Positions 1 through 11,578 of a stretch of 64,000 nucleotides of DNA are shown here, piece after piece. Under the pieces are notes generated by a model. That model worked only from the letters and a program-made list of their open reading frames with translations, made no database searches and was not told the origin of the DNA. How positions within the stretch are numbered: position 1 is the first letter of the stretch; each line of letters opens with the position of its first letter. This DNA is from Octopus sinensis (Eukaryota), in the NCBI RefSeq assembly GCF_006345805.1, contig NC_043020.1, positions 3,968,001 to 4,032,000 of the forward strand, given 5' to 3'. The position numbers and the translations under genes are program-made.

Positions 1-572
1 AATTTATAGACGAGTTTATCAAATCCCTTGTATATCTAAGGCTGAGAGAACAGAGGACAATATCTGTTAGGGGTAGAGCTGAGGGAGCAGACAGACATCA
101 TAATTGGTATAGTCATGAGGTTTGGTAAAGGAAAACTTAAAACAAGATGTTGGCTGACAATTAAGGGGGTCACCCACTAGCAGACCATTGATAATGAAAC
201 AGGGAAAGTCTTATCATGTAAAACAATGTAAAACAATGTAACACAATGCTGCTATATTGTATACAACTAAAGTTTAGGGTTATTCAGAGGATTATTAAGA
301 AGAATATTATAACAAAAGGATAGAAATTTATGAATACTCTTGAGTATATACCAAACTTGTACCACAACTGAGGGAGGAAAAGAAATTATCCAGAAATAGT
401 TTAATATTTGTACATACTGTACACTTAAATATTAACTCATCAGATGGTATCTGTGAATATTGATTTATTGGTATATACTCGAATTTATACCAGTATTTTG
501 CCGAACCGCTAAGTTATGGGAATATAAACACAGCAACATCGGTTGTCAAGCAATTGTAGAGGTACAAACACA

Positions 573-637
<65 letters not shown>

Positions 638-803
638 GCAAACAAATATACACATATATACGACTATTCTTTCAATTTCCATGCACGAAGTCCACTCACA
701 AAACTTTGGTCGGCCTGAGGCTATAATATATACATACATACATACATACATACATAGATACATACACACATACAGGACATACATATATATATATATATAT
801 TAT

Positions 804-836
<33 letters not shown>

Positions 837-878
837 TTACATATATATCCATATATATACTACACATGTATATATGTT

Positions 879-923
<45 letters not shown>

Positions 924-933
924 ATATATAAAC

Positions 934-978
<45 letters not shown>

Positions 979-1291
979 ATATATTAGGCTTTTACTTTGT
1001 TACTTGTTTCAGTCAATTGAGTGTGGCCATGCTGGAGTAATGCCTTTTAGTTGAAGAAATCGAGCCCTGGACTTATTCTTTGTAAGGCTGATTCTATTCT
1101 ATCGATATCTTCTGCCGAACAGCTAGTTACGCGACGTCGTACGGAAATACAACAACATCGGTTTCTAAGTGCTGGTGGGGGAACAAACACAGAGCAAATA
1201 CAACATATATGTATGTATATATATATATATAATATATATATATATATATACATACATACATGCATATATATGTGTGTGTGTGTGTGTATAC

Positions 1292-1328
<37 letters not shown>

Positions 1329-1389
1329 ATATAGGACACTTCTTTCAGTTTCCGTCAGACTTCTTTCAGTTTCAGTGCGTATGGACGTG

Positions 1390-2112
1390 TGTATATGTGT
1401 GAGTATGTGTATAGATGTGTGTATATGTGTGGGGCTAACGTGTGTGTGTTTTGTGTAGCAGTTGATGTGTGTTTGTTCAGGTGGTTTATGCACATGTGTA
1501 TGTGTGTGTGTCTGTGACCAAGTAGTGTGCATGTGTATAGTGTTGTGTGTGTGCATATATTGTCTGTGTTCAGGTATTATGTGCTTGTGTGGGTGTGGGA
1601 GTGTGCATGATGGTGTGTGGTGTGTGTACTTGAGTTAAACGGTGTGTGTGACTGCTCGTATAGTGGCGTGTGTGGTGACGCTATTGGGGAGTTATGTGTG
1701 TGTGTGGGTGATGGTGTGTGTTGTGGGTGCTAAGAAGTGTTCGGCGCTAGTGTGTGTGGAATGGGAAGGTGTTTGTAAATGTGTGTGTAATTGAGTGTGA
1801 AGCGAGTAATGAGTTGAACAGTGTCTATGGGTGTTTGTATAGTGGTGTGTGTGGTGAGGGTACTGAGGTAGACGGTATGCAGGTGTGTAGGTGGAAGGGA
1901 CAGTTGAATATGGGGAATGTGTGGGAATCCGTGTGGAGTTGGTGTCAAATGAAGTGAAGTAGTGAGTTGAGCCCATATGGGGCAAAGGAATGAAGAGAAA
2001 ATATTAATTCTTGTTTACGGAGAATGCGTGAATCCGGGGGGCTCCTGTACAGAGACAGTCCGAACACAAACATGTTGTAGCCAATGACCAGTAGAGTGTC
2101 GTAGTTAAGTCA
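1390..2112 (-). mobile_element. Penelope-like element 3' fragment (GIY-YIG endonuclease C-terminus plus CA-rich UTR)
   Basis: Frameshifted STGHWLQH..VFGLSLYRSPPDSRILRKQELIFSLHSFAPYGLN, paralogous to 7601-7848. Confidence 0.75.
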
Positions 2113-2113
2113 G

Positions 2114-2198
2114 TGTCCGGTCATACAGTGACAATGGTTTCGCATCCACAAAGGACTAAGCCCCATGGATGTCTCGTCAGACTCTAAAGCCGAAGACA
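2114..2198 (-). ncRNA. Type I hammerhead ribozyme motif (copy 1) at a Penelope-like element end
   Basis: Sense strand: UGUCuuCGG cuu UAGAGU CUGACGA G a CAUCCA..UGGAUG C GAAA C cauu GUC ACUGUA uga CCGGACA. Conserved core, stem II 6+ bp, short stem III, GUC triplet (C17 at 2130), bipartite stem I. Confidence 0.8.
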
Positions 2199-2205
2199 GA
2201 TGTAA

Positions 2206-2269
<64 letters not shown>

Positions 2270-2481
2270 TAAGGAAAACTGAAGAAGTTTTTAACGTTTC
2301 AAGCCTTTGTTTTTCTACAGACGAAGGGAGAAAAACGCCAAATGCGTCTGAATTAAACGGTGACCGGAGTTTTAGTTGGGTATATAGCCACACGTATTTC
2401 TGTACGCCTGCTTAATATACTTTCAAAGTCTCTATTTCGAAAGGAAGAATCTTAGCTACAAGCTACGTGCCTCTGTGTGTG

Positions 2482-2529
<48 letters not shown>

Positions 2530-2939
2530 CGCGCAGCATGCTCGGATGTAAAGTACCAGTGGTTACCCCTGATAAATATTTTTGTGTATATGCATGGATA
2601 TTATATCAATAATAATATGCGGTATACACAATTGAGACAGTGTTTAATTAAAATAGACATGTATCATGTATATGTGTATACACTGACGATAGGCCAGTCA
2701 CTGCAGTATATGTCCTGAGATAACATAGAATTGCTTTGTTAAAATACAACAAATAGCAAAGAGGGATGAACATCCGTCTGAGTAGTGGCCATCTGGAGCA
2801 CCAGACACATTTCTTTTTTTTTTCTATTAAACACTAAATATGATCCATAGATGTCTATTTTAATTAAGCACTGCCTTATTTGCATATACTGGATTTTAAT
2901 CAAACCGACGGTTATTTGCAACTTCAGTGTCTGTGGCTG

Positions 2940-3223
2940 TATGTATGTATGTATGTATGTATGTGTGTATGTATGTGTGTATGTATGTGTGTATGTATGT
3001 ATGTATGTATGAATGTATGTATGTATGTATGAATGTATGTATGAATGTATGTATGTATGTATGTATGTATGTATGTATGTATGTATGTATGTATGTATGA
3101 AAGTATGTATGTATGTATGAATGTATGTGTGTATGTATGTATGAATGTATGTATGTATGTATGTATGTATGAAAGTATGTATGTATGTATGTATGTATGT
3201 ATGTATGTATGTATGTATGTATG
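2940..3223. repeat. (ATGT)n microsatellite, representative of very many (TA)n, (CA)n, (GA)n, (ATAC)n, (ATGC)n and (TAA)n tracts across the window
   Basis: Directly visible; such tracts produce most of the HT/YI/CV-repeat ORFs in the supplied track. Confidence 0.98.
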
Positions 3224-3822
3224 TATAAGAGGTATAAGGACTTGCTGAAGGCATCCTTAAGATATGCTTGCATCTCTCCTGACACATGGGAACGCATAGC
3301 TATTGATCGTAGTAGGTGGAGAAGGATTGTGCACGAGGGGACAGCCACTTTTGAGAAATCGCGAGTTACACATGAGAAAGTAAGGAGGGATGTCAGGAAG
3401 GGCATCGCTGTTACACTTCCAGAAGGGAAGGGTCTTCCTTTGATGCTGGCATGCAATGTCTGTGCAAGACCCTGCCTCAGTTAAGCTAGACTCAAGAGTC
3501 ATCTTCGTAGTCATAAAACGAGACAGATGAGTGACAACCTGGCCACTGGTGGTGGTGTAACACGCCATACTAATCATATCTGTCGGGCATGTAGAAGAGG
3601 GTGTAATTCGGCAGGAGGACTTAAACGACATGCAAAGGTACATGAAGCCCAGTTACAACTACAGCCGGCTATTACAGGTAAAGGTATTAGTTGCCAATTC
3701 TGTACAAGACATTGTAGATCTTTGGCTGGGCTAAAAAGTCACATTCGATCACAGCACCAGTAACAGTTAAGCTTCGTGCAATGGCCATACTCGATAACGA
3801 GGGGGCAGCCATAATAATAATA
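3224..3822 (+). mobile_element. 5'-truncated RTE-clade LINE with three C-terminal C2H2 fingers and (TAA)n tail
   Basis: KRYKDLLKASL...WERIAIDRSRWRRIVHEG (RTE ORF end), then CxxC..H..H three times with one in-frame TAA at 3482; tail ggcagcc-ataataataat. Confidence 0.85.
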
Positions 3823-4089
3823 ATGTGTGTGTTGTGTGTGGTGTGTGTGTGTGGTGTGTGTGTGTGTGTGTGTGTGTGTGTACAAGATTAATTGGCCACT
3901 TGTGCTAACAGGACTGGTTATAACTACGTAATTATATAAATATCCAACCGACCAAGCAATTCGTCGCCTTATAAAACATATAAAGGTGAACCGATTTTCG
4001 ACAAGGATTCTATTCTCTCTCAGTTTCGTGTTTATAAAACGTACATCATGTACTTTCATGCATTATTTATGTATTTTCTTTCTCTGCAG

Positions 4090-4164
4090 GTATACATGAA
4101 TCCTGATCCTCAAGAAGACCGAATCTACGAGAGGATAGACGCCGAGAAGGAAGACGATCGCTAG
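4090..4164 (+). CDS. Terminal coding exon of an unidentified gene whose upstream exons were not found in the window; VYMNPDPQEDRIYERIDAEKEDDR*
   Basis: Strong acceptor tattttctttctctgcag|G. Only phase 0 is open to a TAG at 4162-4164. Non-repetitive charged peptide. ATTAAA at 4229-4234 followed by a T-rich tract. Confidence 0.6.
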   Translation, partial: VYMNPDPQEDRIYERIDAEKEDDR

Positions 4165-4588
4165 AAGAAGCGAATTCTGCCGTCTCCGTGAGAGTGATGG
4201 TTTGCAGGAGTTACCTCCCTTACAAACAATTAAAGTAGAGTAATCTCCCTTGAAAATAATTACTTCCCGTTTACTAAAGGGAAGTTTTTATTAGTTATTT
4301 TTTGTCCCCTTCTGGTTCCATCTTTCGTTTAAGGTGGAAACTGAGAAAACAGTAACAGTTTCACAGACTTCGACCTGTTAAGCAGGTCATGACCTTTTCG
4401 AGAGAGATTTTCGAATTGATGTGCATTTTTCTTTCACATCTTAAACACCACTACATAATAGTGTCGTGGCAACATCACGTCTATGCACAGTCGAATACAG
4501 ATCATTCCGTACATGCCGCTCCATGCATAGGTATGTGTACATGTATACATGCATACATACATACATGCATGCATGCATACATACATAT

Positions 4589-4619
<31 letters not shown>

Positions 4620-4813
4620 ACGAAGACAGAGACGACGACAGAAGTATATACAAGCATACACAACTCATACTGGCATAGAGTTAAATATACATACATGCAT
4701 ACATACATGCATGCATGCACACACACACACACACACACACACATACATACATACATACATACATACATACATACATACATACATGCATGCATGCATGCAT
4801 GCATGCATGCATG

Positions 4814-5059
4814 ATGGCTGCCACCTCGTTATCGAGTATGGCCATTGCACGAAGCTTAACTGTTACTGGTGCTGTGATCGAATGTGACTTTTTAGCCCAG
4901 CCAAAGATCTACAATGTCTTGTACAGAATTGGCAACTAATACCTTTACCTGTAATAGCCGGCTGTAGTTGTAACTGGGCTTCATGTACCTTTGCATGTTG
5001 TTTAAGTCCTCCTGCCGAATTACACTCTCTTCCACATGCCTGACAGATATGATTAGTAT
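4814..5059 (-). mobile_element. Second, shorter copy of the same RTE LINE 3' end, inverted
   Basis: 246 nt reverse complement of 3567-3812 with about five mismatches by eye. Confidence 0.9.
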
Positions 5060-5232
5060 ACATACATACTCAGTCTATAAACATATTCGTTATAAAATAA
5101 ACTTTGTACATATCATTATATTAACATAGATATGAAGACACGATGAAGAAGCAAAGAAGGGAGCGAGAGAAGGGAAGAAAAGAAAGGCTTAGGGAGCGGA
5201 ATAGCCAAAAGAAATAAGTAACAGAGAAGACT

Positions 5233-5283
<51 letters not shown>

Positions 5284-5361
5284 TTTATTTCATAATAATA
5301 TATATCAAAATAAACTACGGTCATAGACGAAACAAAAAGCAATCCATGTAACAGAATTTAT

Positions 5362-5554
5362 ATATATAGGGAGAGTTTACGAAAAAAAAACAAAAGACGA
5401 AGACAGGTGATGTACAAACAAACAGATGTATTAGTATAACACTCAGGAATAGAAAAAGTATTTTATGTTTCGAGCCTACGCTCTTCTACAGAAAGGCACA
5501 CAGAAAAAACAAGGAGAGACAAAAATGTGTGTAGTGGCTAACGATCTATCATGG

Positions 5555-5556
<2 letters not shown>
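5362..5556 (-). mobile_element. Short Penelope-associated terminal repeat
   Basis: Homologous to 6797-7010 (ctttctgtagaagagcgtaggctcgaaac...); flanked by (TA)n. Confidence 0.65.
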
Positions 5557-5590
<34 letters not shown>

Positions 5591-5602
5591 TCAATGTGAA
5601 TA

Positions 5603-5632
5603 CGAAACCATTGGTCACTCTATGACCGGACA
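5603..5632 (+). ncRNA. 3' half of the same hammerhead family (copy 3, 5'-truncated)
   Basis: cGAAACCATTGGTCACTCTATGACCGGACA gives the consensus stem III ACC/GGU and the GUC triplet; no CUGANGA half present. Confidence 0.6.
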
Positions 5633-5684
5633 TTAAACTAATTACTTTATGTCTTTGTGTGTGTGTGTATGCATATATACATGC

Positions 5685-5715
<31 letters not shown>

Positions 5716-6796
5716 TCGATATCTAATGAAGATATATCGGTTACTTTTTCACAATATGGCCTTTACAATTTGGAATGTTCTAACGAAAGATATCCTACTC
5801 TACTCACTCTTATTCTGCAGTCCCCAGACCTCCTTCCCTATCTCTCTCCCCTGCGCTACATATCTGTCTTTTTGTAGTTATATAGTTCTACCTCGCCCTT
5901 ATCCCTTAACCACGCCTGTCTAGGTCTCCCCCTCCCTACATAGCATCACTCAACTGCTACTAGCTAGCTCTAGCTAATCCTCATCCTTAAAGCACTCAAC
6001 TTCTTATCAAGGCCTTCCTTCAGCTCTTACGCATTGCTTTACTCAGCCACTCAGGAAATCTGTTGAGGAATCGAGAGCAGAAACTATACAAATCATACCC
6101 GACTACATTTCTTTTTACTTATAAAAACAAAGGATGCATCGGATAATATAGTCGTGTGGTATATTTTACCTGGAGAAATATAAACAGGATGATTATTAGC
6201 GGAAGGTCTGCTCGATCTGGATCGACTTGGTGACAAACAACAACCAACGACGTTAATATTTACTGCCATACAAAAGAAGTTTAGATTTGCTCGATCAGAG
6301 CCGAGTTGGGATGGCGTAACAAACCGACTTGGACACAATACAAACTGTTTCACTCTTTTTTCGTCTTTTGTAACCTTCAAATATATATTTTTCTCACTTT
6401 CATATTGTAACTAATAAACATCATTGATATATTCTATTCTTTCGTTTTCTTTGTTTTCCATTTGTGTCTTTCGTCGTTCGAAAAAATAGTTCATATTCCA
6501 TGTACTCGTACTTCGTATTTTTTGTTCTACACGTTCGTGACGTCCTGTGCCTACATATGCATTACACACACACACACACACACACATACATATATATATT
6601 ATACATACATATATATATATATACATATATAATATATATACATACATATATATATATTATATATATACATACATACATACATATATTATATATATATATA
6701 TATATATATACATACAATATATATATACATACATATATATATATTATACATATAATATATATACATACAATATATATATATATACATACATATATA

Positions 6797-7167
6797 ACGG
6801 GAAGCTTTATGAAAATAAACAAAAGACGAAGGCAGGTGGAAAACAAACGAACAATTGTATTAGTATGGCGCTCAGGAAATATAAATAAAACAAGTCTTTA
6901 ACGTTTCGAGCCTACGCTCTTCAACAGAAAGATACACAGAGAGAAAAAAAAACACAGAAAGAAGGAGAGAAAAAAAATGCGTGCAGTAGCTAACGAATCA
7001 ACATGGCGATCTGATTTCGGCCAGAGGTCAAAGATCAAACATGAGACGCGAGAGCGAAATAAGGGGAGATAATAGGGTTGATAATAGGGTTGAAGGACCA
7101 GCTAATAGTGCGTAGGAGGGGTCTGGATGTGTGTATGTATAGGGTTGGTGTATGTATTAGTATGTAT

Positions 7168-7202
<35 letters not shown>

Positions 7203-7848
7203 AGAGAGTATAAGTGCGTATGCGGGGTCTGGACGTGTGTATGTATAGGGTTGGTGTATGTATTAGTATGTATTAGTTGGTGTATGTATTAGTATGGCAC
7301 ATCATATGTGATGTGATGTGTAAAGTCGTGTGGTGTAGTGAGGAGAAGAGGGGGAGGGGGAGGGGAAGGAGAGGGGGAAGAGGAGAGGAGGGTAGGAGAA
7401 GGAAGGGGAGGAGGGGGGATGAAGGAGAAAAGAGGGAGAGGGGGAGAGAGAAGGGGAGAGAGGGAGTGAGGGAGCAGAGGGAAGGGGAAGAGGGAAGGGA
7501 GAAAGAGGGAAGAAGGGAAGGGGAGTAGGGGTGAAAGGATGAAGGACTGAAGAAGTAGGGGTCGGGGGGAAAGGATAGGTGAGGAGGGGGGAGAGGGGGG
7601 TTAGATGAGGAGGGGGTGAGAGTTGAGACCAAATGGCGTATAAGAGCGAAGAGAGAAGATTAATTCCTGTTCACAGCGCAAACGGGAATCCGGATGGCCT
7701 CTGTGTAAGGACAAACCGAACACAGATAGGTGTTGCAAGGAGTGACCGGTGGAGCGGAAATGGCGTGAGACCGGTGTGTCGTTCGCAAGGTGGATGTCAC
7801 GAAGGTGTTCCGCGAACCGGTCAGCCAAGCGGCGTCCCGTTAGTCCGA
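6797..7848 (-). mobile_element. Penelope-like element 3' fragment (GIY-YIG C-terminus, CT-rich UTR, terminal repeat)
   Basis: [51 protein letters not shown]...EQELIFSLRSYTPFGLN is the typical end of the Penelope GIY-YIG domain. Confidence 0.85.
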
Positions 7849-8134
7849 TACATATATATATATATATATAATACATATATATATATATACATACTATATA
7901 TATATATATACATACATTATATATATATATATATACATATATAATATATACATACATACATATATATATACATACATACATATATATATATATACATACA
8001 TACATATATATATATTATACATACATACATATATATCTATACATACATACATATATATATATACATACATACATACATATATATATATATACTACATACA
8101 TATATAATATATACATACATACATATATATATAT

Positions 8135-8168
<34 letters not shown>

Positions 8169-8187
8169 CATACATATATATATATAT

Positions 8188-8256
<69 letters not shown>

Positions 8257-8519
8257 AAAAAACATGTGTAGTGTTTTATCTACGTTGTAGATAGATTAAA
8301 AGTTTCAATAGTTGTTGATGTTGGTTCATAAGATTTTTAGAAAATAAAAGATAAAACGTCCTCGTAAAAGCATTTAAGAAATCGAGGTTAAGTGGAAAAC
8401 ATATAAATAGACAATTATTAAGTAAATTACTGAAGACAAAAGGGTAATTATAATGTTTGTAAGTGTACAAAAGTGGAACGTATGTACATTTTGTTTAATA
8501 ATGAAATAAATATAACAGA

Positions 8520-8895
8520 TCTCTCTCTATATAAAGCTGAAGTTGTCTGTGTATGGCAGGTTTGGTAGCCTTCAACTAACACTATCTCCTCCGAGACCCT
8601 GCAGCGCAAGTTGACCAAAATTGAGAGTATGATAGAAGAAGGCTTGCTCTTCCTTCTGTAGAAGAAAAAATTTAAATCGGACCATATTAACACCAAAAAG
8701 GTGCTTTTTTTCTATGAAAATCCCTATTTTTTACGATTTTTTTACTGCTGTGTCGGCATTTTTCGGTGTATTTCAACCAGAAAAATGTTCACTTAAAGAG
8801 AATAACAAGCTACATAATGCAAAATTTTTACTTTTCAAAAATTCCAATTCTAAAGGGTCGAAACAAACCCGAGCAACACCAAGCAATACTGCTAG
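8520..8895 (+). mobile_element. Non-autonomous Helitron (376 bp)
   Basis: 5' TC end (TCTCTCTCTATATAAAGC), degenerate subterminal hairpin CCCGAGCAACACCAAG, 3' CTAG end, inserted between A and T. Confidence 0.75.
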
Positions 8896-9864
8896 TTATT
8901 GTATAAAGTTGAGATAAGTTGGTATTGGAGTTCTTGAATATTATAATTTAAAATTTGAGAGATCTATGGAATAAATTTATACTAATATCATGGTATTAAA
9001 TATGGTTTACATGTTTATCATCATTATTTTAATAAATAAGCATGCCAATATCATGGGATTAAAATGTGGGTTATATGGGTATCCTTAATAAGGAAAAGTA
9101 CAAGTGGTGGATTATTGAATATGCTGCAGAGAACTAATATATAATTTGTAATTTCAATGTTAGTACATCTACTGATAAGGAGTAAAAAAAATAGTGCAAT
9201 TGACCGAGAAGAGGATGTTATGTATTATTACACTGAGTTAAGAATAAATTTTAGAGTTCAAAATAAAAATTGAATATTGGTGAGTTAGTTAAAATAATGG
9301 GAATAAAAATAGGGGCTATGGTGTTTTATATGGAGTATAAGTATAGTGGGATTAGCAATGAAGGGGTTATTATATATTATTGTATTATGATAAGGTAAGT
9401 TTGGGATTAAATTTTGAAGTTCATAATAAAAATTCATATTAACGGGTTAATTAAGGATTATGGGAATAAAATATGGGTGTTATAATTATGCATCTAGTAA
9501 GAATAATATGTAGATGGTATTTTAAATACTAATTATTCTACATGAACATTAAAAAGCAGGATTTACATCTAACATCACTTGAAAGGTGATGATCTGACCC
9601 TATTGAAACATATGTAGATTTCTTTTGTTGATTCTGATCCTTTAAATCTCAAATCCTATATGGATTACCTTTTTTCATTGTGATACTATTAAAATTAACC
9701 AAGTATCCACTATATTTCTTCTCCATTTTCTTTTATTAACTTTCATTATTGGACAGTTTATCCATATATATTGCAGAACTTTCAATATATTTGATAGCAC
9801 CAGTTGACATCCAGACTTTTTAAAATAAATCCCTTACAAGGAAATTACATCCTCCATATTTGAA

Positions 9865-9904
<40 letters not shown>

Positions 9905-11420
9905 CAGGCTTCTCTCAGTTTCCATCTGCCAAATCCACTCACAAGGCTTTGGTCAACCCAAAGCCATAGCAGATGCTATGCAGTGAAACTGAGCCCAGAA
10001 ATCCTGTGGTTGGGAAGCAAGCTTCTTACCACACAACCACTCCATGCTCCAGTATGGCCAGAGTCAAATGACTGAAACAAGTAAAAGATAAAAGAAGATA
10101 TATCTGCAGTGAAAGAAGTTCTCATACCAAATAATAATCTTTATACTGTTCTATAGTTTATACAGCAAATGGGAACCGGTATTAAGGAAGGACAGGAGAA
10201 TATTAGATTTATAAGCCCTAAAATTCACTCCATAGTTGCCTACAAGCATAAGGCATAGTGGTTAAGTGCACAGACTACTAACCCCAAGATTCCAAGTACA
10301 ATCCCAAGCAGTGACCTGAATAAAAATAACAACATTGAAAAATACCTTAGGTTCGAAATTTCACCAAGGCACTTGATGAAGGCTGGAGGGTATATTAGCC
10401 AAAACGTGTTAACATCAAACAAGATGAGGACAAATATCTGTCAAATGTAAATAATCTTTATATCCACCTCAATGAGAATGTCTTGTTAGAACACCAGATA
10501 TTGTTATTAGCTTGAGAGATCCTCTAACAAAGGTGCTTGGTGCATAAAAGTAAGCATTTTATATATATATACACACACATCACTGGATCAAGCAAACTAT
10601 CAGACATCATTACTTGGTGGGGTACGTTGCAATTCTTTGCATTCTTATGGCTTTCAAATGATGCTGGTGAGGCAAGGAGGCCAACCTTTCCACTGCATGG
10701 AACACCACTCCATCACAGGCTAGACCGACCCTCATCTTGTGATTAAGAGCACAACACCCCAGCCACTAAGTCACGTGCTTTCACACACACACACACACAC
10801 GTGCGCGTCTGTGTGAGACAGGCTTCTGCCAAATTCATTCACAAGGCTTTCGTCAGCCTGGGACTATAGTAGAAACATTTGCCCAAGGTGCCGTGCAGTG
10901 GAACTGAACTCAAAACCATGTAGTTGGTAAGCAAACTTCTTACCACACAGCCAAGCCTGCACTTATCTGTAATAATGAAAAGATTTCTTCACCAAAAAGC
11001 AAGAAACAGCTTAAAAAAGAGAACAAAACTAATTTTTAAGTGCCATTAATGAAGAGCAAATCTACTTCCAATCTCAAAAGTCTGTTGGCTCCAGAGTTGA
11101 CCTCAACTAAATCACAACCTTTTAAATAAAGTAGGAAGTACAGGTGGAAGCAGCTTGCAAAACCCTGAAACCTTTTGACATAATCCAGCTGTGACTGCTT
11201 CAATTCTATGAAACAAAACCATTGTTTTTAAAATGTTTATATTTAAATTGTCAACATTTTATAGCAGAATACATTTATGCTCAAAACTGGGGTCTCCTAA
11301 CAGTAACAAAGTTAATGTATGAGATTCTTTCAAATCCTTAAATATTTTCAAAATTAATTCAAACCTTTAGGAAGCAAATATCATGAAAAATATGATAAGA
11401 AAAGAGTAAATATTTAATAA

Positions 11421-11426
11421 TTTATT
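11421..11426 (-). terminator. Polyadenylation signal AATAAA of EEF1E1
   Basis: tttatt on the + strand, about 75 nt past the stop codon. Confidence 0.6.
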
Positions 11427-11500
11427 GGTTTAAACATTTACAAAGCTTTCATGAAGACAGGAATTTTTAACCAAATGGTTGAAGGTCACAGTGAATGTAG

Positions 11501-11578
11501 TCAACTTGAGCCATAGAGACAGTTCTTCTGGAAGTGTAACAGACTGTAGGACTCTCTGAAATTGTACTGGTATTGAAG
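11501..11578 (-). CDS. EEF1E1: EEF1E1 coding exon 6 (LQYQYNFRESYSLLHFQKNCLYGSS*)
   Basis: Acceptor tttgtctccatttacag|; TGA stop; AATAAA about 75 nt downstream. Confidence 0.9.
   Translation of the reverse strand, partial: LQYQYNFRESYSLLHFQKNCLYGSS

Noticed and set aside
395-456. CUGAUGA followed by a hairpin on the - strand as a hammerhead
   Set aside because: No GAAA after the stem and no NUH or stem I.
460-8251. Many ORFs rich in HT, YI, CV or MYVC repeats (also near 29304, 30292, 37145, 40387)
   Set aside because: Translations of (CA)n, (TA)n and (ATGT)n microsatellites that happen to lack stops; no splice or homology support.
8896-9560. Mitochondrial insertion (NUMT)
   Set aside because: No sustained frame or recognisable mitochondrial protein motif in the frames I read; internal tandem repetition explains the composition.
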